Assembly (NCBI GenBank): GCA_964543535.1
Contig: CAZIYS010000001.1
Location: 195,159 to 259,158 of the forward strand
DNA from: an uncultured Gammaproteobacteria bacterium
Lineage (GTDB): Bacteria; Patescibacteriota; Microgenomatia; UBA1406; GWC2-37-13
Direction of reading: 5' to 3'
DNA length: 64,000 nt
Shown piece by piece: positions 38,564 to 46,758 of the stretch. The position numbers were made by a program, and so were the translations under genes. Numbering within the stretch: the first letter of the stretch is position 1; every line of letters begins with the position of its first letter. A model generated the notes under the pieces. It saw only the letters and a program-made list of their open reading frames with translations, was not told the DNA's origin and did no database searches.

Positions 38564-39393
38564 TTTTTTTTAATTAATTTATAAAAAATAAAAATAATAA
38601 AACTGAAAATTAATAAATCGATGATCGGATTTTGAAAATATTTGGAGATATTAAAAACCATCAGCCGTAAAGGTTTAGTATAAACTTCCATCTGATACAT
38701 CTGGATCTTATTGTAATAATTAAAAATAATAATCAAAACTCCGGAGATGATAAAAATTCCTGCTCCTAAAGCCTGAAAGATTTTGTAGATTTTTTCCCGA
38801 TTAGAACCGGAAATTTTATTGGTTAGTTTATTGTAGAAAAGAGACAGAATAAAAAGCGGGAAAACTATCCCCAATACATAAGCTAAAGAGACAATTAAGG
38901 CCTGAAATAAAGTCGGTGATAAACTGGTCAGAGTGACGGCCGCAAACAAAACCGGCGCGCAACAGGAAGAAGAAAGCCCTGACATTACCCCTAAACTAAA
39001 CACCGAAAATATATTTATTTTTTCTCCCCCCTTGTCATCCCGAGCGAGCGGAGCGAGTCGAGGGAGCTTAAAAAGTTGGGGGAAATGAAAGATTGGTTTA
39101 ATCGTCATAAATCCCATAAAAATCAAAAACAATCCTCCAAAATAATAAATTTGCTTATGCCAACTGTCAAAAAAGAAGATAAAAAATCTAAATCCCAAAG
39201 CGACCGGAATTAAGATTATCGATAAACCCAGTGCAAATACCAAGGTATAAAACATTACTTTTGTTCCGCTTTTGAAAACCGTTCCCAGATAAGAAGGAAA
39301 TAAAAATGTGATACAGCATGGGGCAAACAAAGCCAAGACTCCGGCCAAAAACGAAGCGGTCAAGGAAATGCCGAAGAAAAAGTTGCTATTCAT
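38560..39393 (-). CDS. CcdA-like membrane protein with vicinal Cys-Cys in both halves (copy 2)
   Basis: LFAPCCITFLFPSY and SSCCAPVLFA. Carries the family C repeat in a loop. Confidence 0.7.
   Translation of the reverse strand: MNSNFFFGISLTASFLAGVLALFAPCCITFLFPSYLGTVFKSGTKVMFYTLVFALGLSIILIPVALGFRFFIFFFDSWHKQIYYFGGLFLIFMGFMTIKPIFHFPQLFKLPRLAPLARDDKGGEKINIFSVFSLGVMSGLSSSCCAPVLFAAVTLTSLSPTLFQALIVSLAYVLGIVFPLFILSLFYNKLTNKISGSNREKIYKIFQALGAGIFIISGVLIIIFNYYNKIQMYQMEVYTKPLRLMVFNISKYFQNPIIDLLIFSFIIFIFYKLIKKK
39036..39064. repeat. GC-rich palindromic element family C, in-frame copy inside a CDS
   Basis: catcccgagcgag-cggag-cgagtcgaggg, translated as part of PRLAPLARDD. The paralog at 31580..32428 lacks these residues. 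Confidence 0.75.
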
Positions 39394-39401
39394 AAATTTT
39401 T

Positions 39402-39505
39402 ATTGATATTTTCGCTTTTAGCAGACGAGGTAAGCGTAATTTTTTCACCTTTTGAGTGATAAAATTACCTTACCGAGTCCAATAAACACGGTGTCAAGCT
39501 TTTAT
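39402..39505. repeat. hairpin element related to module X/E termini
   Basis: Reverse complement starts aaagcttgacaccgt and ends aaaagcgaaaatatcaa, as at 17463-17624. Internal stem ggtaagcgtaatttt/aaaattaccttacc. Confidence 0.5.
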
Positions 39506-39999
39506 TTGACAGTCGCTTTAACCTTAAATATTAATTTTTGATTGTCCGGATCATTGGTTGTCACATAAACTTCCCTCTCTACCACTCCATAAACCGGCAT
39601 TATGGAAGGTCTGTAAGTTACTTTAATGATCGCTTCTTTCCCCGGCAGTACTTCTCCGGCAAAATCTGAAATATTATGCATCCCAAAAAGCTCAGACTCT
39701 TTACCGTTTATTACGATCTGACCAAAAGCGCAGTTACAACTTGAAGAAACGTTGCTCAACTGCAAAGGTTTTTGACCGATATTTTTTATCTTAAAGTTGG
39801 CTGATTTATCGTCGGAAACCTTCATCTTCCCCAAATCAGCAAAAGTCGTTTTAGCTTCCACCCTTGGCTTTTCTTTATTTGTAGTTGAATAAGACGCGAT
39901 TTGCGGTTGCGGCTTTTGTCCACCCACTAACATAAAATACGAACCGCCAATAACAACGATTGAAAAAATAATTATCCCGATGATTAAAATTTTTGACAT
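39502..39999 (-). CDS. DUF1573-domain protein (membrane-anchored)
   Basis: FKIKNIGQKPLQLSNVSSSCNCAFG matches the DUF1573 hallmark. Confidence 0.7.
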   Translation of the reverse strand: MSKILIIGIIIFSIVVIGGSYFMLVGGQKPQPQIASYSTTNKEKPRVEAKTTFADLGKMKVSDDKSANFKIKNIGQKPLQLSNVSSSCNCAFGQIVINGKESELFGMHNISDFAGEVLPGKEAIIKVTYRPSIMPVYGVVEREVYVTTNDPDNQKLIFKVKATVK

Positions 40000-40046
40000 A
40001 TGCTATATTTCGTACGGAACAAAAATTTTTGTTCCCTACAATTTAA

Positions 40047-40310
40047 TTATTTTCGTTTAAACACCTCAATCACCTCGGCCACTTTTTCGTCAATCCCCTT
40101 TCCACTAACAATAGACTCTCTAACACAGGTTTTTAAGTGGTTTTCCAAAATCAATTCCGCGACTTTTTCCAATGAACTTTCTACTGCCTGAGTCTGTTGA
40201 ATCACATCCAAACAGTACTGGTCCTTTTCCACCATCTCAATCACCTTCTCTAAATGCCCATGGGCAATTTTTAATCGATGAAGCAGATTCTTTTTATGCT
40301 GATTGTTCAT
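40047..40310 (-). CDS. csoR: CsoR/RcnR-family metal-sensing repressor
   Basis: 87 aa. RLKIAHGHLEKV...QYCLDV...HLKTC gives a C-H-C ligand pattern. Confidence 0.85.
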   Translation of the reverse strand: MNNQHKKNLLHRLKIAHGHLEKVIEMVEKDQYCLDVIQQTQAVESSLEKVAELILENHLKTCVRESIVSGKGIDEKVAEVIEVFKRK

Positions 40311-40348
40311 ATTTTTGATATTTGATATTTAATTTTTAATATTTCTTC

Positions 40349-40398
40349 TATCCTCCCCTCCACCATAGGATTGTAAAGTAAAAAAATATTTTTGTCAA
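40349..40398 (-). promoter_or_regulatory. csoR promoter (TTGACA-17-TACAAT) with candidate CsoR operator
   Basis: -35 at 40393-40398 and -10 at 40370-40375. An inverted repeat atcct-N12-aggat around a C-tract (40349-40369) lies just downstream. Confidence 0.5.
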
Positions 40399-40418
40399 TA
40401 AGATAATTTTCTTAAAAG

Positions 40419-40446
40419 TTGCAATTTATTTAAAATAGGTTATAAT
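40419..40446 (+). promoter_or_regulatory. sigma70-like promoter of the lipoprotein gene
   Basis: TTGCAA, 16 nt, TATAAT, 13 nt before the ATG at 40460. Confidence 0.45.
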
Positions 40447-40459
40447 AACGAGCAGAAAT

Positions 40460-40984
40460 ATGAATAACGAGGTCTTAAAAGAGCTATGGGCAATTACGAA
40501 AAAATATGGTCCAGGAGTTGGACTTACCGTTTTAGCCACTGTTCTATCTGCTTGTGGAGCTAAACCACAAATAACCACTACCATTGAATCTTGTGGTGGA
40601 CAGGAAGAAGTAGATGCTCAACCTGGGGTTTTAAGAAAGATAGTGGCACCAGGAATAACGATGGAATATATGGTTAATCCTGACGGTTCTACTACCTGGT
40701 TTTCTAAACCTCGTTTCACTGATATCCCCCCTTATGCAGGTAGACCTCTTGGTGGAACAACTGAAGAACATTTATTAGCTGATTTACAAGGGGATATCGA
40801 CGGTGACGGAAATCAAGATATAAAATTTAAATCAGTCTGTCCAACTCCTTCAAAACCAACACTTTCTCCTCAACCTCCTGCAACACCTACTGGTTATCTT
40901 GGAAAAGGGATTGGACGACTTGCTTCTTTACCAAGAGGTTTTCATCCTAATTCAGGAAAACCAGCTCTTTCACGAAGAATTTGA
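40460..40984 (+). CDS. putative lipoprotein, unknown function
   Basis: Lipobox VLSACG. Pro/Thr-rich C-terminus. Somewhat GC-richer than its neighbours by eye. Confidence 0.5.
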   Translation: MNNEVLKELWAITKKYGPGVGLTVLATVLSACGAKPQITTTIESCGGQEEVDAQPGVLRKIVAPGITMEYMVNPDGSTTWFSKPRFTDIPPYAGRPLGGTTEEHLLADLQGDIDGDGNQDIKFKSVCPTPSKPTLSPQPPATPTGYLGKGIGRLASLPRGFHPNSGKPALSRRI

Positions 40985-41000
40985 TTTCAATCTATTAAAG

Positions 41001-42335
41001 TTATTTCTCCACACTATAGAATTTTACGCGGTCTCCCCTAAACATCAAATCCATCTCGCCAATCGGGCCATTGCGGTGCTTGGCAATATAAAGTTTAATC
41101 AACTTTTTGTTTTGATCCAATATGTCTTCGCTTTCCTGCTCCAGATAAAGAAACATCACCACGTCCGCATCCTGTTCTATACTCCCGCTTTCCCTTAAAT
41201 CAGATAGTTGAGGCTTGCGGCTGCCCCGCTGTTCAACGGCTCGTGACAGCTGGGAAATCGCCAACACCGGAATCTTCAGTTCGCGGGCTAAGTTTTTTAA
41301 ATTTTGAGAAATAAAAGAAACTTCGTTAACCCGACTATCAAATCGGCGGCCAGCATCAACCAACTGAAGATAATCAACGATTAAAAATTTAATATTTTTT
41401 TCCATCTTTAATTTTCTTGCCTTAGTCCGCATTTCTAAAATCGACGCACCCGGCGTGTCATCAATAAATATCGGCGCTTCAGACAGCTCACCCATCGCCT
41501 CGGTCAACTTTTTATAATCATCATCAGAAAGCCTACCGGTTTTTAATCTCCAGGCATCAATATCTGCCTGACCAACCAATAAACGGTCAACTAATTCTTC
41601 CTTGCTCATCTCAAGAGAAAAATACCCGACCGCTGTTTTGTATTTTGTTGCCACTTGAAGAGCCATATTTAAAGCCAAAGTGGTCTTACCGATGGCCGGT
41701 CTGGCCGCCAAAATCAAAAGGTTTGAGTCCTGCATTCCGGCTAATTTATTGTCTAAATCAGGAAAGCCAGTCGGCACGCCTCTCAGATGAGTACCTCTTT
41801 TGACAAACTCTTCCAATCTCTCGAAACTTTCCGCCAGCACTTCTTTTAACTGGATAAAATCGCGATGAAGATGAGCTTGGGATAAAGCAAAAATCTCTAT
41901 TTCGGCTTCGTCCAATAATTCTTTTATGTCACCTTTTTCCTCAAATGATTTTTCCACCATCCGTGACGACAGCTCAATTAATTTTCTTTTGACAAATTGG
42001 TTTTTGACAATCCGAGCATACTGTTCGATATAGGCTGAAGTTGGAACTGTATTAATTAAGTCGGAAAGATAATTTTTGCCGCCGATCTGTTTTAAAGCAT
42101 CGTTCTTTTTTAACTCGTCCTGAATTGTCACCACATCAATTGGCTGTTGTTTTTCAAATAAAGTCAGCATGGACGAATAGATTAGTTGATTTTCGCGACT
42201 ATAAAAGTGTTCTTGTTTTAAAAACTCAGCCACCAAATTAATGGCGCCGGAGTCAATAAGAATTGCTCCAAGGACTGATCTTTCCGCTTCCAGATCATGA
42301 GGAGGGATTTTTAGGCCATTACTTGTTGTAGCCAT
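41001..42335 (-). CDS. dnaB: replicative DNA helicase
   Basis: PHDLEAERSVLG N-terminus and Walker A ARPAIGKTT. 444 aa, no intein. Confidence 0.95.
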   Translation of the reverse strand: MATTSNGLKIPPHDLEAERSVLGAILIDSGAINLVAEFLKQEHFYSRENQLIYSSMLTLFEKQQPIDVVTIQDELKKNDALKQIGGKNYLSDLINTVPTSAYIEQYARIVKNQFVKRKLIELSSRMVEKSFEEKGDIKELLDEAEIEIFALSQAHLHRDFIQLKEVLAESFERLEEFVKRGTHLRGVPTGFPDLDNKLAGMQDSNLLILAARPAIGKTTLALNMALQVATKYKTAVGYFSLEMSKEELVDRLLVGQADIDAWRLKTGRLSDDDYKKLTEAMGELSEAPIFIDDTPGASILEMRTKARKLKMEKNIKFLIVDYLQLVDAGRRFDSRVNEVSFISQNLKNLARELKIPVLAISQLSRAVEQRGSRKPQLSDLRESGSIEQDADVVMFLYLEQESEDILDQNKKLIKLYIAKHRNGPIGEMDLMFRGDRVKFYSVEK

Positions 42336-42339
42336 AATT

Positions 42340-42999
42340 TTAAATTTCTAGCACGATCACCTTCATTTCCTGCTCCATCTCTTCTTTTTTATAAATTAAC
42401 TTTGGTATTGGAGTTAAGTTTTCAATGCCGAATTTTTTGGTAAATTCACTCACCCCAGTTAACTGACCAAAGTTTTTCTGGTTAAGACGAGAGTGATTAT
42501 AATGCATGGGAATAACAATTGACGGTTCGATTTTTCTCACCAATTGAACTGCTTCCTCGGCATCAATCGTATAAAATCCGCCCACCGGCACCATGAGAAT
42601 ATCAACCTCGCCGATTGACTCAAGAAAACTTTCTTCAGGAATTACTCCCAGATCGCCGCAGTGTAAAACTGAAATCCCTTCGGCTTCAAATTTATAAAGA
42701 ATATTCTCCCCTCTTTCGCTGCCTTTAGTTTTATCATGAAAAGACTGAAAACCGAAAACCCGAACTCCCATTTTTTCAAACTCACCGGCCATATCAACTA
42801 CCAAAGGTGGAGCATCATTAATACCAATGACATTTTTTACTTGATTATGATCTTTATGTTGATGAGAAACTGTCACAATGTCCGCTTCGGTTTTCGGAAA
42901 CCTAAGACCAACCATTTCCGGATCATAAGGATCAGTAACGATTTTGGCCGTTTTAGTTTTAATCAAAAACGAGGCATGACCTAAGTATTTAATTTCCAT
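42340..42999 (-). CDS. MBL-fold metallo-hydrolase (UPF0173-like)
   Basis: YLGHASFLI...VSHQHKDH motif. Confidence 0.8.
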   Translation of the reverse strand: MEIKYLGHASFLIKTKTAKIVTDPYDPEMVGLRFPKTEADIVTVSHQHKDHNQVKNVIGINDAPPLVVDMAGEFEKMGVRVFGFQSFHDKTKGSERGENILYKFEAEGISVLHCGDLGVIPEESFLESIGEVDILMVPVGGFYTIDAEEAVQLVRKIEPSIVIPMHYNHSRLNQKNFGQLTGVSEFTKKFGIENLTPIPKLIYKKEEMEQEMKVIVLEI

Positions 43000-43095
43000 A
43001 TTTAAAAAGAAATTAAGAAATTATTTGAAACTAATAGAAATTTATTGTGAATAAAGAATAGCAAAATAATATTGTAATTGCAATTTAAATTAGTC

Positions 43096-43479
43096 TTATT
43101 CTGATTTCGCTTTATATGTTGAATTAATAAAATTATTTAGTTTTAAAGATAGTGTCTGACTCAAGTTTTTAAATTGCTTATACAAATCTTTATTAATTTT
43201 ATATCTTTTATTTATTAATTCAATCCAATGCTCATTAGCTTCGTTAAGCGATCCTCGACTATTGTAGTAAAATTTGATTTTATCAAGATAATGAAATCTA
43301 CTATAGCCCTCAGAGATATTTGCTCCAATAGAATCAACCGATTCGATAAATTGAAAACCTATAATCTTTTTGCTCTCCCAATCCATAAAACGATATATTT
43401 CCCATGCAATATCTGACAGCTGTCTGGAAATTTTATAAACTTCTAAGTCAGTTAATAAAATATATTGATGTTTTTGCAT
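43096..43479 (-). CDS. four-helix-bundle protein (23S rRNA intervening-sequence protein family)
   Basis: SIGANISEGYSRF...YYNSRGSLNE hallmark. Confidence 0.8.
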   Translation of the reverse strand: MQKHQYILLTDLEVYKISRQLSDIAWEIYRFMDWESKKIIGFQFIESVDSIGANISEGYSRFHYLDKIKFYYNSRGSLNEANEHWIELINKRYKINKDLYKQFKNLSQTLSLKLNNFINSTYKAKSE

Positions 43480-43510
43480 AACTTTATTTTACCTAATTTC
43501 CTAGTCTCCA

Positions 43511-43604
43511 TTAATCTCTAATTTCTATCAGTTTCCTAATCTCTCAATTTCAATTAGTTTCCTAATCTCTCAATTTCAATTAGTTTCTTAATCTCTAATT
43601 TCTA
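43511..43604. repeat. 26-bp tandem repeat (two perfect units plus partial flanking copies)
   Basis: agtttcctaatctctcaatttcaatt x2 at 43530-43581. ttaatctctaatttcta occurs on both sides. Confidence 0.8.
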
Positions 43605-44012
43605 TTTGCATATCTGCTCCTTTATCTTCTCCTGTTGGTCTTTTGGCAGTTTATCAACTTGTTCAACAATCTTGCCAATTGAATTTTCATAAATAATATT
43701 AGAAACAAAAGAACCGGCATCAGAACTTAACTTAGTAATAGTATCAGTTGCCTCCCCTAAAACTGCCTCACCAAGATCTTCGGCTTTTTTTATCGTATCA
43801 TTAATAAAATCGCTTTTTTGAACTTTTTCCACTAATTTTTTTTGGGTTTGTAGTTTTATTTCTTGAGTTTTGCCTAAAATACTTGGGATCTCTTTAGTTT
43901 TTCTTAAAAGTATTTTATTCAATAAAATACCAGTAATAATTAAAACAATTAACAAAGATAGTTTAAAAAGTAATGATCGATCGGTTTTTCCTTCAAGCGG
44001 TTTTATTGGCAT
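43602..44012 (-). CDS. membrane-anchored hypothetical protein
   Basis: 136 aa with one TM helix and a charged coiled C-terminal part. Confidence 0.4.
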   Translation of the reverse strand: MPIKPLEGKTDRSLLFKLSLLIVLIITGILLNKILLRKTKEIPSILGKTQEIKLQTQKKLVEKVQKSDFINDTIKKAEDLGEAVLGEATDTITKLSSDAGSFVSNIIYENSIGKIVEQVDKLPKDQQEKIKEQICK

Positions 44013-44043
44013 AAAATATGGATTTACCCTGAACTTGTGAATG

Positions 44044-44116
44044 GGTGACTGACGGGATTTGAACCCGCAACATTCGCCTCCACAGGGCGACGCTCTACCG
44101 TTGAGCTACAATCACC
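44044..44116 (-). tRNA. tRNA-His(GTG) with encoded G-1
   Basis: Hand-folded: G-1, acceptor GTGATTG/CAGTCAC, anticodon loop CTGTGGA, T-loop GGGTTCAAATCCC. Confidence 0.9.
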
Positions 44117-44170
44117 AGTAATGTAATTATACCTAATAAACAATTTATTTTTTGTATAATTTAAAGAACC

Positions 44171-44242
44171 GCCCGGATAGTTTAGCGGCAAAACAAACCC
44201 TTGGTAAGGGTTAGACTGTGAGTTCGATTCTCACTCCGGGCT
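44171..44242 (+). tRNA. tRNA-Thr(GGT)
   Basis: Acceptor GCCCGGA/TCCGGGC, anticodon arm AACCC-TTGGTAA-GGGTT, T-arm TGTGA-GTTCGATT-CTCAC. Confidence 0.9.
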
Positions 44243-44248
44243 CAAAAA

Positions 44249-44998
44249 TTAAAATTTTAGCCTCTTTACTTTTTTTTCAATTAAGCAAATTAAAGTAAGG
44301 CCTATTGGAGAAAAACCAATTAATGTTTCTAACTTTAGGAGCACAGAACAAAATGATGCAATCAATTTATTTAAGTTTGAAGCCCCGTATCTAAAATTTT
44401 CATTTATATGTTTTTTTAAAATTTTTTCGTAAAAAAAGTATATAAAAAAACCAAAAAAATTCCAGTAAGACATCATTTTTATTCTTCCTCCTAGATTTTT
44501 TGCCATTATGATTAGTCGAGATTTGTCATATCTGCGGAAATGGCCTAAGATAAAATCCCTTTTCCCATAGAGAAAAGAAAAAGCTGGAACGGTTATTATA
44601 AGTATCCCGCCAGGCTTAACAAAAGAAAAAAGATTTCCTAGGGCAGTATAATCATCTTTGATATGTTCTATTACATCGCTGGCCAAAACGAAATCATATG
44701 TTTCTCTTCCTCTTTTTTTTGTTATATCCTCATTAGTAATTTTTATCTTGTTAAATTTTTTTTTCCTTTTTAACATCTTAAAAATTTTATTTGAATATTC
44801 TATTCCAGCAACACTATAGCCTTTTGACTTAAAAAAAAGCAGCATCTGCCCATTGCCGCAACCAACATCTAATAATTTTCCGTTTTTTTTAGGAAGTTTT
44901 TTATAAATATACTTAGCTATATTCACTAATCTAAAATCACTTTTTTTATTTAAAAGAAGTTCCTGCTGTTTTTCGAGTGAATTTAACTTGTTGACCAT
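44249..44998 (-). CDS. class I SAM-dependent methyltransferase
   Basis: LLDVGCGNGQ motif I and DFVLASDVIEH. Confidence 0.75.
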   Translation of the reverse strand: MVNKLNSLEKQQELLLNKKSDFRLVNIAKYIYKKLPKKNGKLLDVGCGNGQMLLFFKSKGYSVAGIEYSNKIFKMLKRKKKFNKIKITNEDITKKRGRETYDFVLASDVIEHIKDDYTALGNLFSFVKPGGILIITVPAFSFLYGKRDFILGHFRRYDKSRLIIMAKNLGGRIKMMSYWNFFGFFIYFFYEKILKKHINENFRYGASNLNKLIASFCSVLLKLETLIGFSPIGLTLICLIEKKVKRLKF

Positions 44999-45048
44999 TT
45001 TATAAGAAGAATTTTATAAGAAGAAGATAGTATAATCAAGCTATCATT

Positions 45049-46164
45049 ATGCAAAAAGTACATCGTGTCGTTCTGATTGATGTTATTGACCCTCATCTGA
45101 ACAAAGAAGATGCTCTAAAAAATTTACAGGAATTAAAATCATTGGTGGCCACCTACAACGGGATTGATGTTGTCAATATTATCCAACACCGAACTCGTCC
45201 GGATAAAGCCACTTTTATTGGATCAGGAAAAGTTGTGGAATTAGCCCAAATCGTTGCTGAAAAACAAATCGACATTGTTGTTGTTAATGCGATTGTTAAC
45301 CCAGGCGTTTTATTTAACTTGACGCAAAACCTTTGGGATATTAACCCGAAAATCCAGGTCTGGGATAGGGTCGACTTAATCTTAAATATTTTTGATAAAC
45401 ATGCCTATACGACCGAGGCAAAACTACAAATAGAAATTGCCCGGATGCATCATATGGGTCCGAGAATTTATGGACTGGGTGAAACTTATTTTTCTCGTCA
45501 AGGCGGTGGCACAAACACAAAAGGTCAAGGAGAAACTAATATTGAACTGATGAAACGCCACTGGCGCGAGCAGATAAAAAAGAAAAAGGATCAATTAGAA
45601 AAAATTTCCAGCCAACATCTAACTCAACTTGAACGAAGAAAAACCAATAATATTACTGCTATTTCAATCGTTGGCTATACCAATGCCGGTAAAACATCGC
45701 TATTTAATCTCTTAACAAAAAAACAGAAAGCTGTTAAAGATGCCTTGTTTGTAACCCTTGACAGCGTCACCGGTAAATTCTACTTTCCAGTGCAAAAAAA
45801 AGAAGCCACCATTTCCGATACAATCGGCTTTATCAAAGGCCTGCCTTCATCCCTGATCGATTCTTTTAAGTCAACCTTAATGGAATCAATTTATGCCGAT
45901 CTTTTACTTCATATCATTGACATTAGCGATCCGGAAATGAGCGAAAAAATTGAAATAGTGGAAAAAATTTTAAAAGAACTTCAAGTCCGTACCAAAAAAA
46001 CTATCTTTGTCTTTAATAAAATTGACGCTTTTACCGGAGACGGCAAGAAAATTTTAAAAGAGATAGATGAAAAATATTCCCAGTTCTCACCTCAGTTTAT
46101 TTCCGCCACCACCGACTACGGAATTGAAAAACTAAAAAAAGCAGTCGAAAATGTTCTTTTTTAG
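45049..46164 (+). CDS. hflX: GTPase HflX
   Basis: HflX N-domain, G1 GYTNAGKTSLFN, DTIGF, NKID. Confidence 0.9.
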   Translation: MQKVHRVVLIDVIDPHLNKEDALKNLQELKSLVATYNGIDVVNIIQHRTRPDKATFIGSGKVVELAQIVAEKQIDIVVVNAIVNPGVLFNLTQNLWDINPKIQVWDRVDLILNIFDKHAYTTEAKLQIEIARMHHMGPRIYGLGETYFSRQGGGTNTKGQGETNIELMKRHWREQIKKKKDQLEKISSQHLTQLERRKTNNITAISIVGYTNAGKTSLFNLLTKKQKAVKDALFVTLDSVTGKFYFPVQKKEATISDTIGFIKGLPSSLIDSFKSTLMESIYADLLLHIIDISDPEMSEKIEIVEKILKELQVRTKKTIFVFNKIDAFTGDGKKILKEIDEKYSQFSPQFISATTDYGIEKLKKAVENVLF

Positions 46165-46176
46165 TATAATCAAGCC

Positions 46177-46716
46177 ATGAAAAACATCTGTGTTTTTTGT
46201 TCTTTCAATGAAGTCGATAAAAAATATACTGAAGTTACTAAGCAACTTGGATGCCTGATAGCAAAAAATAATTTTAACCTTGTTTGGGGTGGAGGTAATT
46301 CAGGATTAATGGAAGTTATTGCCAGTTCGGTCCAAGATAACGGAGGGAAAATATTTGGCGTCACTATTGAGTTTCTCAAAGGCTACCGAAGAATGAATGC
46401 CGATGAAATGGTAATTACCAAAGACTTTCCGGAAAGAAAAAAATTACTTCTCAAAAAAGCTGATGCTATTATCCTTTTAGCCGGAGGGGTTGGCTCTTTG
46501 GACGAAATAACGGAAGTAATAGAACTTAAAAAACATAGTTTTCATTTCAAACCGGTTGTTGTTTTGAATACGGATAAATTTTATGAAGGCTTGAAAATTC
46601 AACTACAGAGAATGGAAAAGGACGGTTTTTTGACAAAAGCTTTGGATGAATTCTTATATTTTGCCGATACTCCTTCCGAGGCAATTGATTACATTAATAA
46701 ATTTTTAAAGAATTAG
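46177..46716 (+). CDS. LOG-family (TIGR00730) Rossmann-fold protein
   Basis: GGGNSGLM and AGGVGSLDE(I)TE motifs. Confidence 0.8.
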   Translation: MKNICVFCSFNEVDKKYTEVTKQLGCLIAKNNFNLVWGGGNSGLMEVIASSVQDNGGKIFGVTIEFLKGYRRMNADEMVITKDFPERKKLLLKKADAIILLAGGVGSLDEITEVIELKKHSFHFKPVVVLNTDKFYEGLKIQLQRMEKDGFLTKALDEFLYFADTPSEAIDYINKFLKN

Positions 46717-46746
46717 CCTCATACAACCTACGAGGTTGGATGGGCT
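46714..46746. repeat. palindromic element family I between convergent genes
   Basis: tagcctcatacaacctacgaggttggatgggct shares its first 14 nt with 23507-23540. Confidence 0.7.
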
Positions 46747-46758
46747 TCACATTAATTT

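Noticed and set aside
43511-43604. Possible CRISPR array
   Set aside because: There are only two full units, they are directly abutting with no spacers, and no cas genes are nearby. It is a simple tandem duplication.
46170-46379. 69-aa minus-strand ORF overlapping the start of the LOG-family gene
   Set aside because: It is antisense to a well-supported conserved gene, and the product is low-complexity.
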